Source of the DNA: Azolla caroliniana
Lineage: Eukaryota; Plantae; Polypodiophyta
Assembly: GCA_043228905.1 (NCBI GenBank)
Contig: JBHGNT010000012.1
Location: forward strand, 1,798,001 to 1,862,000
Direction: 5' to 3'
Length of the DNA stretch: 64,000 nt
Position numbers and translations under genes: made by a program. The notes beneath the pieces were generated by a model. It did no database searches. It saw only the letters and a list, made by a program, of their open reading frames with translations, and was not told the origin of the DNA. Of the stretch, positions 11,688 to 24,746 are shown piece after piece; the first letter of the stretch is position 1; each line of letters starts with the position of its first letter.

Positions 11688-13667
11688 ATGTTTCGCGATA
11701 TGCTTGAGAGACATGGGAAGGCTTTCGCATTCTTCCCACGAGAAATCGGATGCGCCGACCCAAAGGTTATAGAGCCGATGGTGATCTTCACGGTGCCTCA
11801 TGTGCCTTGGAATTTGAAACCGAAACCGGTTCCGAGAGCACACCTTTCGAAGCTGATCGAGCTCTTAAAGGAGAAGGTGAGTATGGGAATTCTAGAACCG
11901 TCGAATGCTCCTTATTCCAATAGGTGGTTCACAGTGCCGAAGAAGAATGGATCATTGCGATTCATCCAAGATCTTCAACCCGTCAACAAGGTGACAATTC
12001 GAAATGCCGGAATCGGTCCGAGCGTGGACGAATTTGCCGAAGCGTTTGCGGGCCGGTCCATCTACTCCATTGGCGATCTCTACTCCGGATATGACCAATT
12101 CCAATTGGCGATCGACAGTCGGGACATTACAACCATGAGGACTCCAATCGGGCTTGTGCGGATGTGTACCTTACCCCAAGGCGCAACGAACTCGGTGGCT
12201 CATATGGTGAATGCCATGAATAAAGTCTTGAAGGATTGCATTCCGGACATCACGATGCCATTCTTGGATGATATTCCGATAAAAGGATGTTCGGATGAGG
12301 AGAAAGATCAATCGAAAGTTCGTTGCGGAAAGTTCGTTGCGGATCATATGAAAGATTGCGAGAAGGTGCTTCAAAGGCTCAAAGATGCGAATTTGACATT
12401 TTCGGGAGAAAAATCCGCATTCGGGCAACCGGAGATCTTGGTGGTAGGTCACTTGTGTGGAGCAGACGGCCGGAAGCCCTCGCCATCCAAAGTGAACGCA
12501 ATCCAAGACATGAAAGAAGAATGCGAAAACCAAACGAAGGTTCGAAGGTTCCTTGGAGCGTGCACGTTTTATCATATATGGATTCCTCACTACGCTCATG
12601 TCGCCGAACCGTTATATGGACTACTAAAGAAAAGAATAAAGTTCGAATGGCGAGACGAGCACACAAAGGCGATGCAAAGATTAAAGAAACTGCTTCTTGA
12701 AGCTCTGGCACTAAGGAAGGCCGACTATGCTGAAGGGAAACCAATTTACGTGACCGTAGATACGAGCCCAACCGGAATCGGGTGGGTCATCAATCAAGAA
12801 GGTGAAGATAATGCGCGATATGCCGTCCGGTTCGGAGCAAAGGTTCTCAGCGAACGACAACAAAGATATGCCCAAGTCAAGCGGGAACTTTGGGGTATTG
12901 TGTCGGCAGTGAAGACGGACAAAGATTACCTGATCGGGTCAGAAGTGATAATAGAGACAGATTGTCTCCCAATTCTCGGAATGGTCTCGAGATGTGCAAC
13001 CCCAGATCTTCCTATGCTAAGGTGGATCGCCTACATCAAGTCTTTAAACCCAGAGATCCGTCACATCGTAGGGAAGAAGAACGCCATGGCTGACATGCTG
13101 TCGAGGGCAAGATTTTCAAATGGAATTAACATGGTTTCGGAAGATGAAGATGTTGCCCTCGACTTCTTCAAGATGGCTCGATTGTCGGCGGAAGACCAGG
13201 ACACGCAAACCCCCCATGCCTTCAACGAGAACGAGTACGAAGGAGAGTGGTTACTCATCGGTAGATTCCTAAGAACATTGACGACAGATGCTTCGTTGAC
13301 AAAGGAGGAGGCCCTACGAATCCGAAAGAAAGCTTACCAATACTTCTTGAAGGGAGGATTCCTTTGGCGACATCCAAAAAGAAGGACAGGAATACCACGT
13401 CGAGTGGTGGTAAAGAAAGAAGAGCAAGAGATGCTGATGACCGAATTCCACGAGAGTGCTTGGGTAGGTCATAGAGGAACATGGGCGACGTTCGAAAAGT
13501 TGAAGGAGAAGTACTGGTGGCCAAGCATGTACAAAGATGTACTCCATTTCGTGTCCACATGCGAAACTTGCCAAATATATTCAAATATACGTCATCATAC
13601 CCACTCACCATACACTTCAAATGGATGGTGGATCTGGTCTCGATGCCAATGGGAGTGGGACAAATGA
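11688..13667 (+). pseudogene. T1 RT-RNase H-integrase zinc-finger ORF fragment
   Basis: LPQGATNS, PFLDDI, VTVDTSPTG, H..GHRG..CETC. Frameshift near 13600, after which the integrase core continues (TTAYNPEANGKIERGH). Confidence 0.9.
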
Positions 13668-16600
13668 AGTACTTAGCGCTGGCAAGGGAAGACTTGACAA
13701 ATCAAGTGGAAGGACGAGCCTTGACAAATAAGACAACTTCAGCCGTTTGCAAATTTCTACTTGAAGATGTTGTTTGCCGATATGGATGTGTAGGGAAGAT
13801 AGTAGCCGACCGAGGGGAGTTGGACGCGCACGAAGCGACGAAGCTCTTCGAAAGACTAGGCGTGAAGCTCTCCCTCACGACTGCCTACAATCCGGAAGCA
13901 AATGGGAAGATCGAGCGAGGGCATGGACCTATCGTTAAAGCCATCGTACGGGCATGCAACGGTCGAGTCGGGAATTGGCCACGACTATTACCCTATGCCT
14001 TGTGGGCCGATAGAACGACACATAGCTCGGTGACAGGGTATATGCCGACGGAGCTTATGTATGGACAAAAGCCGATTATGCCCATCGAAAGGACGATCGC
14101 CTCATGGGTAGCGATACCGTGGGAGAACGAGATGAGCTGAGAAGAGTTATTAGCGGCGCGGATAAGGCAACTTGAAAGAAGACCTGAAGATTTAGAAAAA
14201 ACGCGAAAGATGATGAAGGTAGCCCGAGTAAAGAACAAAGTTCGGTTCGACAACACGCATCGACTTCGTCCCAAGAAGATTGAAGAAGGGAATTGGGTTT
14301 TGGTTTACGACAGCACCCTTGACAATCAACACAGTACAACAAGGAAGTTCGCAAGAAGATGATTCGGGCCGTATGTGGTGACAAGTGCCAACGATAATGC
14401 CACATACCACCTTGCGAAACTAGACGGATCAAGGTTGGTCGTACCCATTGCGGGAAAAAGAGTAAAGATTTTCAAGAAAAGACAAGACAAGGATCCTGAC
14501 CTCGATTACCTCGACGATGAACATAATAGGCCGGATGAAAATGAAGACATGGAGGAATCTAATTGATCATCGTAGCCGAAATCTCACTTTCTCTCTTCTT
14601 GGCACGTACCGGAGGACGTGCGGTTTGGTGGGGGTGGATGTCGTGAAGATTTTCGGCAATAGTGTGAAAATCCCATAAAACGTACGAAATCGAGTATGAA
14701 TCACATAGTACAATAATTGTGAAGATAACATTTTAAATAAATTTAATATCTAAGTACAAAATGATGGAGGTTTCGAATGCACTTTATTACACGAGAAACG
14801 AACAACTAAATGTCAAGATATGAGGGTATAAAGTTTGTGAAAGGAAAAGAGAAAATTGTGAGATATCCCACATAGGCACGACAAATACGGCTCTCATTAT
14901 ATATAAGGTGGAGCAAAAGATATTATCTTTGTGTCTATGTGTGGAGCATAGAGAGTTCAAGGTAACTTGAACTAAGAGTGGAGGTGGGCTAGCTACTCGT
15001 AAAGGGTTTTAGCCAACCAAAACCGGACCGGCGATGGAGCCGGTGATCCGACGACATCAGTAACCGACAACGGCACCGGTAACCGACGGCATCTGACGAA
15101 CCGACGTTCGGTGACTAGATAAATAAATATATAAATATATATACATATATACATATACAAGGAGGGCAAGGAAGGATTTGAACCTTGCACCTCCAAGTTA
15201 GGAATCAATTGGCTTACCATTAAGCCATACTAGTTAGTTGGAATTATATTTCTATCATTATACTTTTACATGTAAATTCTCATACATGAGAGCTAAAATG
15301 AGTGACATGGTTATCATGCACCACATGTAATACATAAGCGCCAAATGGCAAACATGCAATTTATGCATGTCTTGTACCCTCACATGCATCATATGCATGA
15401 GAGCATCTATAAAAGAAGGAAGGGGGAGGAGAAAAAACACGTTTTTTTTTATTATGAAATTAAGAAGAAGAAATTCGTTATCAAATTGATGGTGTAACTT
15501 GTTTCTTAAATCCAAAGATAAAAGTTCAATCAATCTTTCTCAATCATTTAATCTCAACTTCTCTCTTTCCCAATCTATCTTAAGTACTTTCTCGCCAAAG
15601 CTTGTATCGATTTTGAATCCTTCCGGTCCAGAACCCCGACGGTTCCGCCTCACGATCCGCGCGTAGTGACGGATCTTCACAACACCGTGTAGGTGTGATC
15701 ACTTACGGTGGGTTGGATTCCCCATATCTGAACCAAACGATCATGCACAAAATTGTGTGAGCTTCCCGAATCAAATAAAAATTGTACGGGAGATCCATTG
15801 ATATACCCGTTTGCACGTAGTAAATCATTGGGACCCAATACATAGTGAGTGAAAGAACATAGTGATGTGTATAGACCTGAAGGACATTAGGAATTTGACC
15901 TTTATGGTCTGCAGCTTTAGCTTTGTTGTCGTGCTCTTTCCGTTGGAGCTTTCGACATTGATCTTTTGTATGACCCTTCTTTTTGCAGAATACGCAAAAA
16001 GGATGTTGTCGCTTAAAATCGCGATCCAGGAATTCGTTGGGTGTCTTGTGTTTCCCAACAAATTGCGACTGCTTAGTCCCGGGTGCTTCGTTGGGTTTGT
16101 CGTGGTCCTTCTTCGAAGTGCGTTGATAGCGAAGAACTATTTCAACGGCCTCTTCGAAGGATTTTGGATCCTTATCGTGCACTATCCAGTGATAGTCCGA
16201 ATTGGGGATGCCATTGACAAAACAAGCTATCAACCAATTGTCCCCTTCTAGACCCGATTTTTGGATTTGGGTTCTAGCATGGTGAACATAGTCTTCTAGA
16301 GAGGAAATTTTCTTGCTAGAGAGGTTCATTAAAGCTTGTGCTGCCTCGGTTCGAGAGGGAGGTTGCAGAATCTGTCCAGGTATCGAGCAATTTCCCCATA
16401 GTACGAAGCCCACGCCACCAGGCAGCAACCTTACCCCCGAGTTCTCGGTCGACATATGCAATCTTCATACTATCTGGCGTGGGATAGAGCTCAAAATGAG
16501 ACTCCCATCGTCCCAGCCATGTGCAAATTGCTTCTTCGGTTCTTTCCTTTTTGTCTCTCGTAAATGGCTTAACGACAAATGATGGTTCACCTTGTCGCTC

Positions 16601-18290
16601 ATCAGGTCTATTAGTCTCACGTTGTAGACTAATGACACGTGCCTCACGAGCACTCTGAGATTGCCGAAGTTCGGTCATCTGTTGAGCGGTGAAATTAAGG
16701 TATTGGGTTATTTGTGCCAAATACATCTCAATTTGTCCAGGAGGATTCCCTTGAGTTCCTTCCGCTTGAGCGGATGACATGGGGTCGTTAATTTGAGCCA
16801 TTAAAGATTATTTCTGGAAAAGAAATAGGATAAGGTCAGAGAGATAGTCATAACATCATGTCGTAATGTAAACATATCATGGGCAAACATTAATCGATAT
16901 CATGATCTCACGTCAATACCCCTCTAGACGTATGAGATGAGGTTCAAGATCAGGTTACTATGGTAACACATAGGTGTTTTAAAAACCATGGGGGTGACAA
17001 ATAAATGTCTTTCCCTGATCTCTATATTGATTTTTTCATGGTGGCTCCCCGAGGCTCAACCATGTATGTTCGCGTCATGAATAGTTTATACACGAAAAAA
17101 ATGTTAACAATAAACTATGTTTCAGTGCCCACATATGTGGTTTCGGCTCTTTAAGTCCTATTACGAGGACCCCGAGGTGCACTTAAACCTTAAGTCTAAA
17201 CATGTGTTATAGTCATATGTATTAAGGATGTAGTATGGTCTTGGTCATATTTGAACTCGAGACCTCGAGAACAAATACATTAAACACTTGAGCTAACCAA
17301 ATAAGTTGCTCTTCTCGAATGCTTAATGTTTGATGCGTATAAGAGATATGCGAGGCAATTGATCATATATGTTTTTTTTAAAAAAAACATATATTTCAAG
17401 GGTCCTTATTTCGCCCTCATTTACCAAAACTATGTTGGTACGTTACCTAACCTCAAGTCTCGTAATTACGATGGCATACGCCAAATTGCAACCTAATGGT
17501 CAAGCCAAATGAGCCTTCGTTTCGTAGTAGGCCCACGTGGCCCATCACATGGTCACGTCATTACGAATGCATCTCGTAAGAACGAGCTCATGGTGGCATC
17601 ATATCCATGTAACGAGGGAGGGATGTTGGATACGTGTGTCATTGGAGCGACCTCACTTGAAGTGGGTCAAGCCCTACGTACTCAACATCATTATGGCTAT
17701 AGGTGTTTCTTTACGTAACAAAATCGAGGTCATCAACGGGGTTGTCAACAATAAAAAATTGTTGAAAAAGGGATGGTGACAACGTCATTCTCGCAAAAAT
17801 GTGAGGACGGCCACCAACATCCTTTTCCCGACAAGGACAACTTTCGATATAATCACGTAATAACGAATATACACATATATACGATCAAATATGTATATAC
17901 GTGACCACATATGCCTATATTAACATATCGTTATATTAAATAGCCACAAATGATGTGATCGAGATACGTAATCGAGGTATATACCTCTACGCACACGAAA
18001 CATCCACAAATAAGAGATCATCGTAATACGCAATTGAGGTATTGACCTCTTACGCATACGACACTCATCACATATTATTTATATGTCAAACGAGGTATTG
18101 ACCTCGTGCACATACGTAAACGTTTTAGATAATCAATTAAAGACCACTACAACATCATTGACTTAATGAAAAAATGACATATAAACTAAACACATGATTA
18201 GATGGGAGAAGAGAGAATAGAAAAAAAATTATGGAAAGAGTTACCGAAGTTTCTTGTTGATCGTTGTCTGGATCAAGGCCGACCGCACAT

Positions 18291-21200
18291 CGATCCCATC
18301 CCCCTTCTCGTCTCCCTCCTTTTATAGGCAAGGAAGGAGCCGTTTCCCCTTTAATTCCTACCCACTAAATCTACCTGCCTAGGATCTTCTATGGACAACA
18401 TTCGAGAAGAGCCGGTTCCTACGCTCCTGTGCACCGATTCCGCTTGTGGACGGTTTTCTTCAGGACATCCGCCCCCACCTAACCGCGCATCCACCGGCAT
18501 GCGCCAAATTGAGTTGGGACGGAGAAAACCGGTCCAGCCTTCATTCCCCGCCCGTCGGTTCTTCCTCGGTTTCAGATCGTTCGTCGTCGCGGTCTAGGTC
18601 AACCGGATCCGGCTCGTCGTCGTGACGCTTCTTGAACGCTTTGATCCGCTTCCCCGCTACCGGTATCGCCATTCTCGTACCGTCGAGTTCCGCCAGATGG
18701 TACGTCCCGTTGTCGTTGGCGCTTTGTACCACGTAAGGCCCGAACCACCTTCTTGCGAACTTCCGTGTCGCTCGTTGTTGGTTGTCAAGGCTGCTGTCGT
18801 AGACTAGCACCCAGTCGCCTTCCTCGATCTTCTTCGGTCGGAGCCGGTGCGTTCGGTCGAACCGGGCTTTGTTCCTCATCCTTGCTTCCCGAAGCTTTTC
18901 CGCAGCCTGCTCCACGTCCTCCGGTCTTCGCTCGAGCTGTCGTATACGCGCCGCCAGTAGTTCCTCCCGGCTCATCTCGTCTCTCCAGTCCACGGCATGA
19001 CCGGCTTCTGCCCAAACATGAGTTCTGCTGGCATGAATCCGGTTACCGAACTGTGCGTAGTTCGGTCCGCCCACAACGCGTAAGGCAGCAGCCGCGGCCA
19101 GTTCCCGACTTGACCTCCGCATGCCCGAACTAACGCCTTGACGATCGGTCCGTGTCCGCGCTCCATTCGCCTCCGGATTGTACGCTGTGGTAAGCGAGAG
19201 CTTGACTCCTAGCCGGTCGAACAGCTCCTCGGCCTCTTCGGCGTCCAACTCCCCACGATCAGCCACGATCTTCCCGACGCACCCATACCGGCATATCACG
19301 TCCTCAATCAGGAACCGACATACGGCCGCGGTCGTTTTGTTCTGAAGGGCCCGGCCTTCCACCTGGTTCGTCAGATCTTCCCGAGCCAGGACCAGATACC
19401 GCATCTGTCCTACTCCCATCGGCATCGTCACCAGGTCTACCATCCATTTGAAGTGGATGGTCGGTGGGTATGTAGGATGAAGCTCGTCCCGATGTCGGAC
19501 TATGGAGTGCATCTGGCAGCTCTCGCAAGTTGTCACGAACTGATGCACGTCCCGGCCACCAGTACTTCCCCTTTATCTTCTCGAACGTGGCCCACGTTCC
19601 ACGGTGTCCAGCCCAAGGGCTGTCGTGGTAGGCCGTCAGCAGCTCCTCCTATTCTTCTTTCATCACCACCACCCAAAGCGGGACGCCGTTCCTCTTCTTC
19701 GGGTGCTTCCATAAGTATCCGTCTCGGAGAAAGAATCGGTAAGCTTTCTTCCGGATCCGATTGGCCTCGTCCTTCGTCCATGACGCATCCGGCGTCATTG
19801 TCCTCAAAAATCCACCGATCTGGAGCCACTTGCCGTCGTACTTGCTCTCGTCGAAGTCGTTAAGTTGCGGAGTGCTCGTCCCATCGGTTGTCACGTACGC
19901 CGCCTTGAAGAAGTCCACGCCGACTTCTTCGTCCTCCGAAACCATGCCGCCCTCGTCATCAAACCTCGCCCTCGAAAGCATGTCGGCCATGGCGTTGTCC
20001 TTTCCGGAAATGTGCCGTATTTCCGGGTCCAGGGACTTGATGTACGTTATCCACCGGAGCATCGCCAGGTTTGGTGTCGCGCATCCGGAAACCATGCCGA
20101 GAATTGGCAGGCAATCCGTCTCGATAATCACTTCCGCCCTGATCAGGTAGTCTTTGTCGGCCTTTACTGCCGAAACGATACCCCAGAGTTCACGTCTAAC
20201 CTGGGCGTACCCTCGCTGTCGCTCACTGAGGACCTTCGCGCCGAATCGGATCAGGAACCGGGTGCCGTCCTCGTCTTCTTGGTTGACGACCCATCCGATC
20301 CCGGTCGGGCTCGTATCCACCGTTATGTATACCGGGGTACCCTTCTCGTAGACAGCCTTCCGGAGCGCTGGTGCTGCCGCAAGAGCTTCCTTTAGCTTCC
20401 GGACCGACTCCGTGTGCTCGTATCGCCACTCGAATTTTCGCCCCTTTTTCAGCAACCCGTATAGCGGCTCTGCAACGTGGGCGTAATGCGGGATCCATAT
20501 GTGGTAGAACGCGCATGCCCCCAGGAACCTCCAAACTTCCGTAACCGAGCTACAGTCGGTCTTCATCGCGGAGATGGCTTCTACCTTTGCCGGAGACGGC
20601 TTCCAGCCATATGGCCCACATAGGTGTCCGACCACCAGGATTTCCGATTGCCCGAAGGCCGATTTCTCCCCGGAGAAGGTGAGCCTCACATCCTCTAGCC
20701 TTTGTAGCACCTTCTCGCAGTCGTCGATGTGTGTTGCCACGAATCGCCGGCATCCGTCCGGCCCGACTGTCTCATCCTTCTCTTCCACCGGGCACCCCTT
20801 TATCGGGATGTCGTCCAGAAATGGCATGGTGATGTCCGGGATGCAATACCTCAGTACCTTGTTCATTGCATTCACCATGTGGGCCACCGAGTTGGTCCCC
20901 CCTTGTGGCAGGGTACACATTCGCACTAGGCCGAGGGGAGTTCGCATCGTCGTACCCCGAGTACAGATCACCGACCGAGTAAATCGACCTTCCGGCGAAG
21001 GCCTCCGCAAACTCGTCTATGGTCGGTCCGATTCATGCGTTCCGAATGGTCACTCTGTTGACCGGCTGCCGGTCTTGAATGAAGCGCAATGTTCCGTTTT
21101 TCTTCGGTACGGTAAACCATCGGTTCGAGTATGGGGCACTCGACGGTTCGAGAATGCCCATATCTACTTTCTGCCTCAATAGCTCCATCACCTTCGGGAT

Positions 21201-24200
21201 GTGAGCTCTCGGTACCGGAATCGGCTTGAGATTCCACGGCACATGCGGTACCGTGAATATTACCATCGGCTCCACGATTGTCGGGTCTACGCACCCGATC
21301 TCTTCCGGTGAGAATGCGAAGGCTCTCCCGTGCCTTCCGAGCATCCTCCGAAACCGGTCTTCCTCCGCCGGCAGTAGGAACCCGCCCCCACCGATTTTGA
21401 GCTGCCGGAGCGTCCCGTCGATGAAGGTGTGTCCTATGCAGGCCGGATCTCGTAAACTGGGGTCCGACGCAACCCCTCTGATCCAGGACTCGCTGCCCTC
21501 CGGTAAGGGTGCCGCGACTGGCCTTACCTTCCGGTCCACAGTCTTGTACTTTGTGCTAACTCGGGCCGTCCGATCCGACCCAAGCCCCCGACTGAAGTTC
21601 GCGATGACTTCGTACATCTCTTCGGAACATACCGGTATCGTCCGGTCTTCGTTAAGGTCTTCTCCGGCTACCTTCCTCAGCATCCCCAAGGTGTCGTCGA
21701 AGGAGACCGCCTCCACGGCTCCGTTGATTTCCTCGTCCGGGCCGAGGACTCCGCACGCTCGAAGTCGCTCCTCCGCCCTTGCCTTTTCTCGGCCAACGAT
21801 GCCGACTATCATACACCCTCCGTCGTTGGAGAAGCAAAATTTCCTACCTATCGTACAAGGTTTTTTCGGTTTCCGTTCTATCGTACAACTGTGGGGTCTT
21901 TCCCGAGTGTCCGGACTGTCTCGGCCCCACGCCTTGGCAGCCCTCTCTAAAAATCCTCCCGGTTCTTGCCACCGAGGGATTCGCGGTTCCGTTCGTGGTT
22001 TGGTCGCACCGTCAGAAATTGGACCGAATGGCACCCGTCCTGGCTTTTGACCCTCGCGTAGGCCGAACTGTTGTCCAGCACCTTGGTCTCCATTTGCGCC
22101 GCCGTGATGTATGGTTCCCCTAATATGACCGGGTGCGAGGACGTCTCCTGTACGAAGAAATCCTGGTCAATCTCGACGTCGCCGATCTTGACTCGCACGT
22201 TCGGGCAGGCCCCGTGCAGTTCCTCTGTGGCGCGCGTCGCCGCCCGGATCTTCCACCCGTGCTTGGTGTTGATCGGCCACTTCCCCTTCTTATAGAAGTC
22301 CATGGACATCAGGTTTATTTCCGAACCGTGGTCCACCAATGCCACCACCGGTTCCTGAACATCTCCGATCTTTACGGGGGTCTCCGTGGTCGCTCGGGCC
22401 CAGTGCGGCCTTGAATAGTGGCTCTCCGCCCACTCATCTGCCAGCGCCGAGTCGTCGATGTGCGTCATCCACACCTCCACCGGTCTCTCCGGTTCCGTCT
22501 CCGTCAACAGCCTCTTCCGCTTCACTAAGTCCACAATGGAGTCGTGGAACTCCTTCTTGGCGATCCCTAGCACCTCCCGCAAGGACAACTCCACTTTGCT
22601 GTCGAGGATCCGCTCTTCTAGGACCTTTCGTAGGTCCGTGGTCCTTTCTATTTCCGTCCCTAATCGGTATCCGCCCTTCCTGGGGTTATCTTGTGCGATG
22701 GACCCACCGGCATCGTTCCGTCGTTGCCCGAATCGGGTCTCGTACCGTTGTGAGGGCCCGGCCGCTCCGGCTTTCCCCACTCGTTTGTCTTCTACCAGAG
22801 CCTCGTAGTTCCGGCAGGCGGCTTCTACGAAGCCCGTCTTCTCCTCGACTGGGTCGCTACACCCGGTTACTTCCCGGACCCGTCTCTCCGCGCGGTCCGT
22901 TTCATCTTTCCTCAGCCGTGCGCCGGCGAGGCCTTCCAGCATTGCCGGCCAGAAACTGTCTTTGCTCTCCTTTCGGGCCTCGCTGCCCCCAACCCGAATA
23001 CCGGCCGACGCCGAGTAGTGGATGGCCTCCACGTGTCGGGCCGCTGCCTCTTCCATCAGTCTCTTCATACCTCCTCGCCCGTCGTTTCGGTTCAGGGCCC
23101 TCCTGGTGTCGCCGGCGTGCACCCGGCCTTCCCACAGGTACACCACCCGGTTTCTCAACGCCTCTGCGAAATCGTCGCAGTCCTTCCGAATGTGGCCGAC
23201 CTCGTCGCACCACATGCACCTGTTCCCCGCTGTCGGCCGTCGGTCACGAGCCGGTTCGCCGCCTTCCCTTCGAGTCTGGGCGATCTGGAGATCCTTTATC
23301 GCCCGCGTCAACTCCTCCAGCGCTGCCCCTCCGGACAAGCCATTGACCATGCCGGTCGAAGCCAGACCGGTTTCGAGCCATTCCCGGGTTTCTTCCCTTC
23401 GCACTTGCGGTGCCGGTTCAAGCCTCCTTGCTGTGACAGAGCCCGCACCGGCCGCCCCGTTGTCAGCCCATTCTCGCCGTTTGTCGAAACGGCCACAGAC
23501 TCTCTTAACCGCAGCCCAGTCGGTTGTCAGCCCATCTTCGGTTTCCAGCAAGGAGCCGACTTGATCCCTGTCCCTCTCGTCCACCGACTTGACGAACAGT
23601 AGGACCCGGCTCGTATCCAGAACGGTTCGGTCAAGCGCCGAAAGGCGCGCAAAGCGTTCTTCAAACTCCCGAAGGAGTGCCGACGCGTTTCTTCCCTTGC
23701 CAGGGGACTCCACCCATTCCATGAAGTCCCGTTTCGAAAGTCGGAGCGCGTCGTCCAGCCCGTATTTTTCTAGGAGTCGGCCTTCGAACTCCTCCCAGGT
23801 ACGGCTCTCCGCCCGCACCTCGAGCACCTCCGCATGGATGCTCGGCATCGCCACTCGAGGAAACCCAGCAAGACACCTCTCTTCCGGAATGTCCCGCATC
23901 AGCATTTCTGCCCCGTAGGACGCCAAATACTTCGTGGCATCCTTTCCGCTGAACCGGCCGATTGTACCGACGACCGCCTCAATGGCTCTGTCGAGGGCGC
24001 CGGTGCCCTCGCGTGCACTCAATATCCGATCCACGGCCGAAGCCATGGCCTCCGCAAGATCCGACCCTTTCATCTTCTGCTCTTCTGCCGCCTCCTTCAC
24101 GTCGGGTTCACCAAAGATGTCGAGGTATTCCTCGCGGATGCGTGGAATGAGGCGGGACCTCAGGGGTCCTGTACCGAAGAGCAAGAGAGAAAGGACAAGA

Positions 24201-24746
24201 GACCCACTACGTGCGAGCGTAGATTCACAGGGACACGGCCCTTCGACACAAAGACGCGAGTGGGACAGCGACACAGAGAGACACGAATGTATGTATGTAT
24301 TAACAAAGACAACAACAAGAACATGGAAGTAACAAAAACACGAAGTCGGTTACAACCGAACAGGTCGGCGAACAGATGCCGATGCCTGTTCGTAAACGCA
24401 CAGAAAGACAGGAGCAGGTTGGAGGTGTTGCCGGAAGCACTCGGGCATTCCTCAGAGCAGCGCGAGCCTCCCGAAACCTGCACAGAAGGAAGCTATGGAG
24501 TTTGCGAACCAGAGAGAGAGAGAGAAGCCTTCCCACACAAACCGACAACACTTCGTCCTCGACTCTCCACGATCCCATCCCCCTTCTCGTCTCCCTCCTT
24601 TTATAGGCAAGGAAGGAGCCGTTTCCCCTTTACTTCCTACCCACTAAATCTACCTGCCTAGGATCTTCTATGGACAACATTCGAGAAGAGCCGGTTCCTA
24701 CACTCCTGTGCACCGATTCCGCTTGTGGACGGTTTTCTTCACGACA
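18291..24746 (-). mobile_element. Trp-primed Gypsy T2; 5' LTR 24118-24746, 3' LTR truncated to 18291-18467
   Basis: The 177 bp at 18291-18467 match 24570-24746. PBS TGGTGAACCCGACGTGA at 24097-24113; PPT next to 18467; gag-PR ORF 21947..24274; pol fragments 18541-22034. Inserted in Copia RT; surviving flank is CCGT (24747-24750). Confidence 0.92.

Larger units (their letters stand above)
7364..15684 (+). mobile_element. Trp-primed non-chromovirus Gypsy T1, full length, decayed
   Basis: LTRs 7364-8513 and 14639-15684 (TGTCGTGAAGAT...ATCTTCACAACA); PBS TGGTGAACCTGACGTGA 8522-8538; PPT 14627-14638; 4-bp TSD CCGT (7360-7363, 15685-15688). Removing it restores host protease SDHTYTVHLADG. gag-PR 8575-11106, RT-RH-IN ~11100-14566. 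Confidence 0.95.
3602..18290 (-). mobile_element. Ty3/Gypsy chromovirus; 3' LTR ~3602-4104, pol 4091-7363, gag-PR 15685-16801, long leader to ~18290, 5' LTR deleted
   Basis: RT ([31 protein letters not shown]), RNase H (ETDASDYAIG), integrase (HPQSDGQTERVNQ, GPF) and C-terminal chromodomain (RILD..REFKIKW..ATWE). PPT GAGGGGGAGTA at 4105-4115. Gag zinc knuckle CVFCKKKGHTKDQC. Left LTR boundary uncertain by a few bp. Confidence 0.88.

Noticed and set aside
22339-23346. Long plus-strand ORFs opposite T2, and similar ones across 18-46 kb
   Set aside because: Antisense shadows of GC-rich gag/pol with no recognisable motifs.
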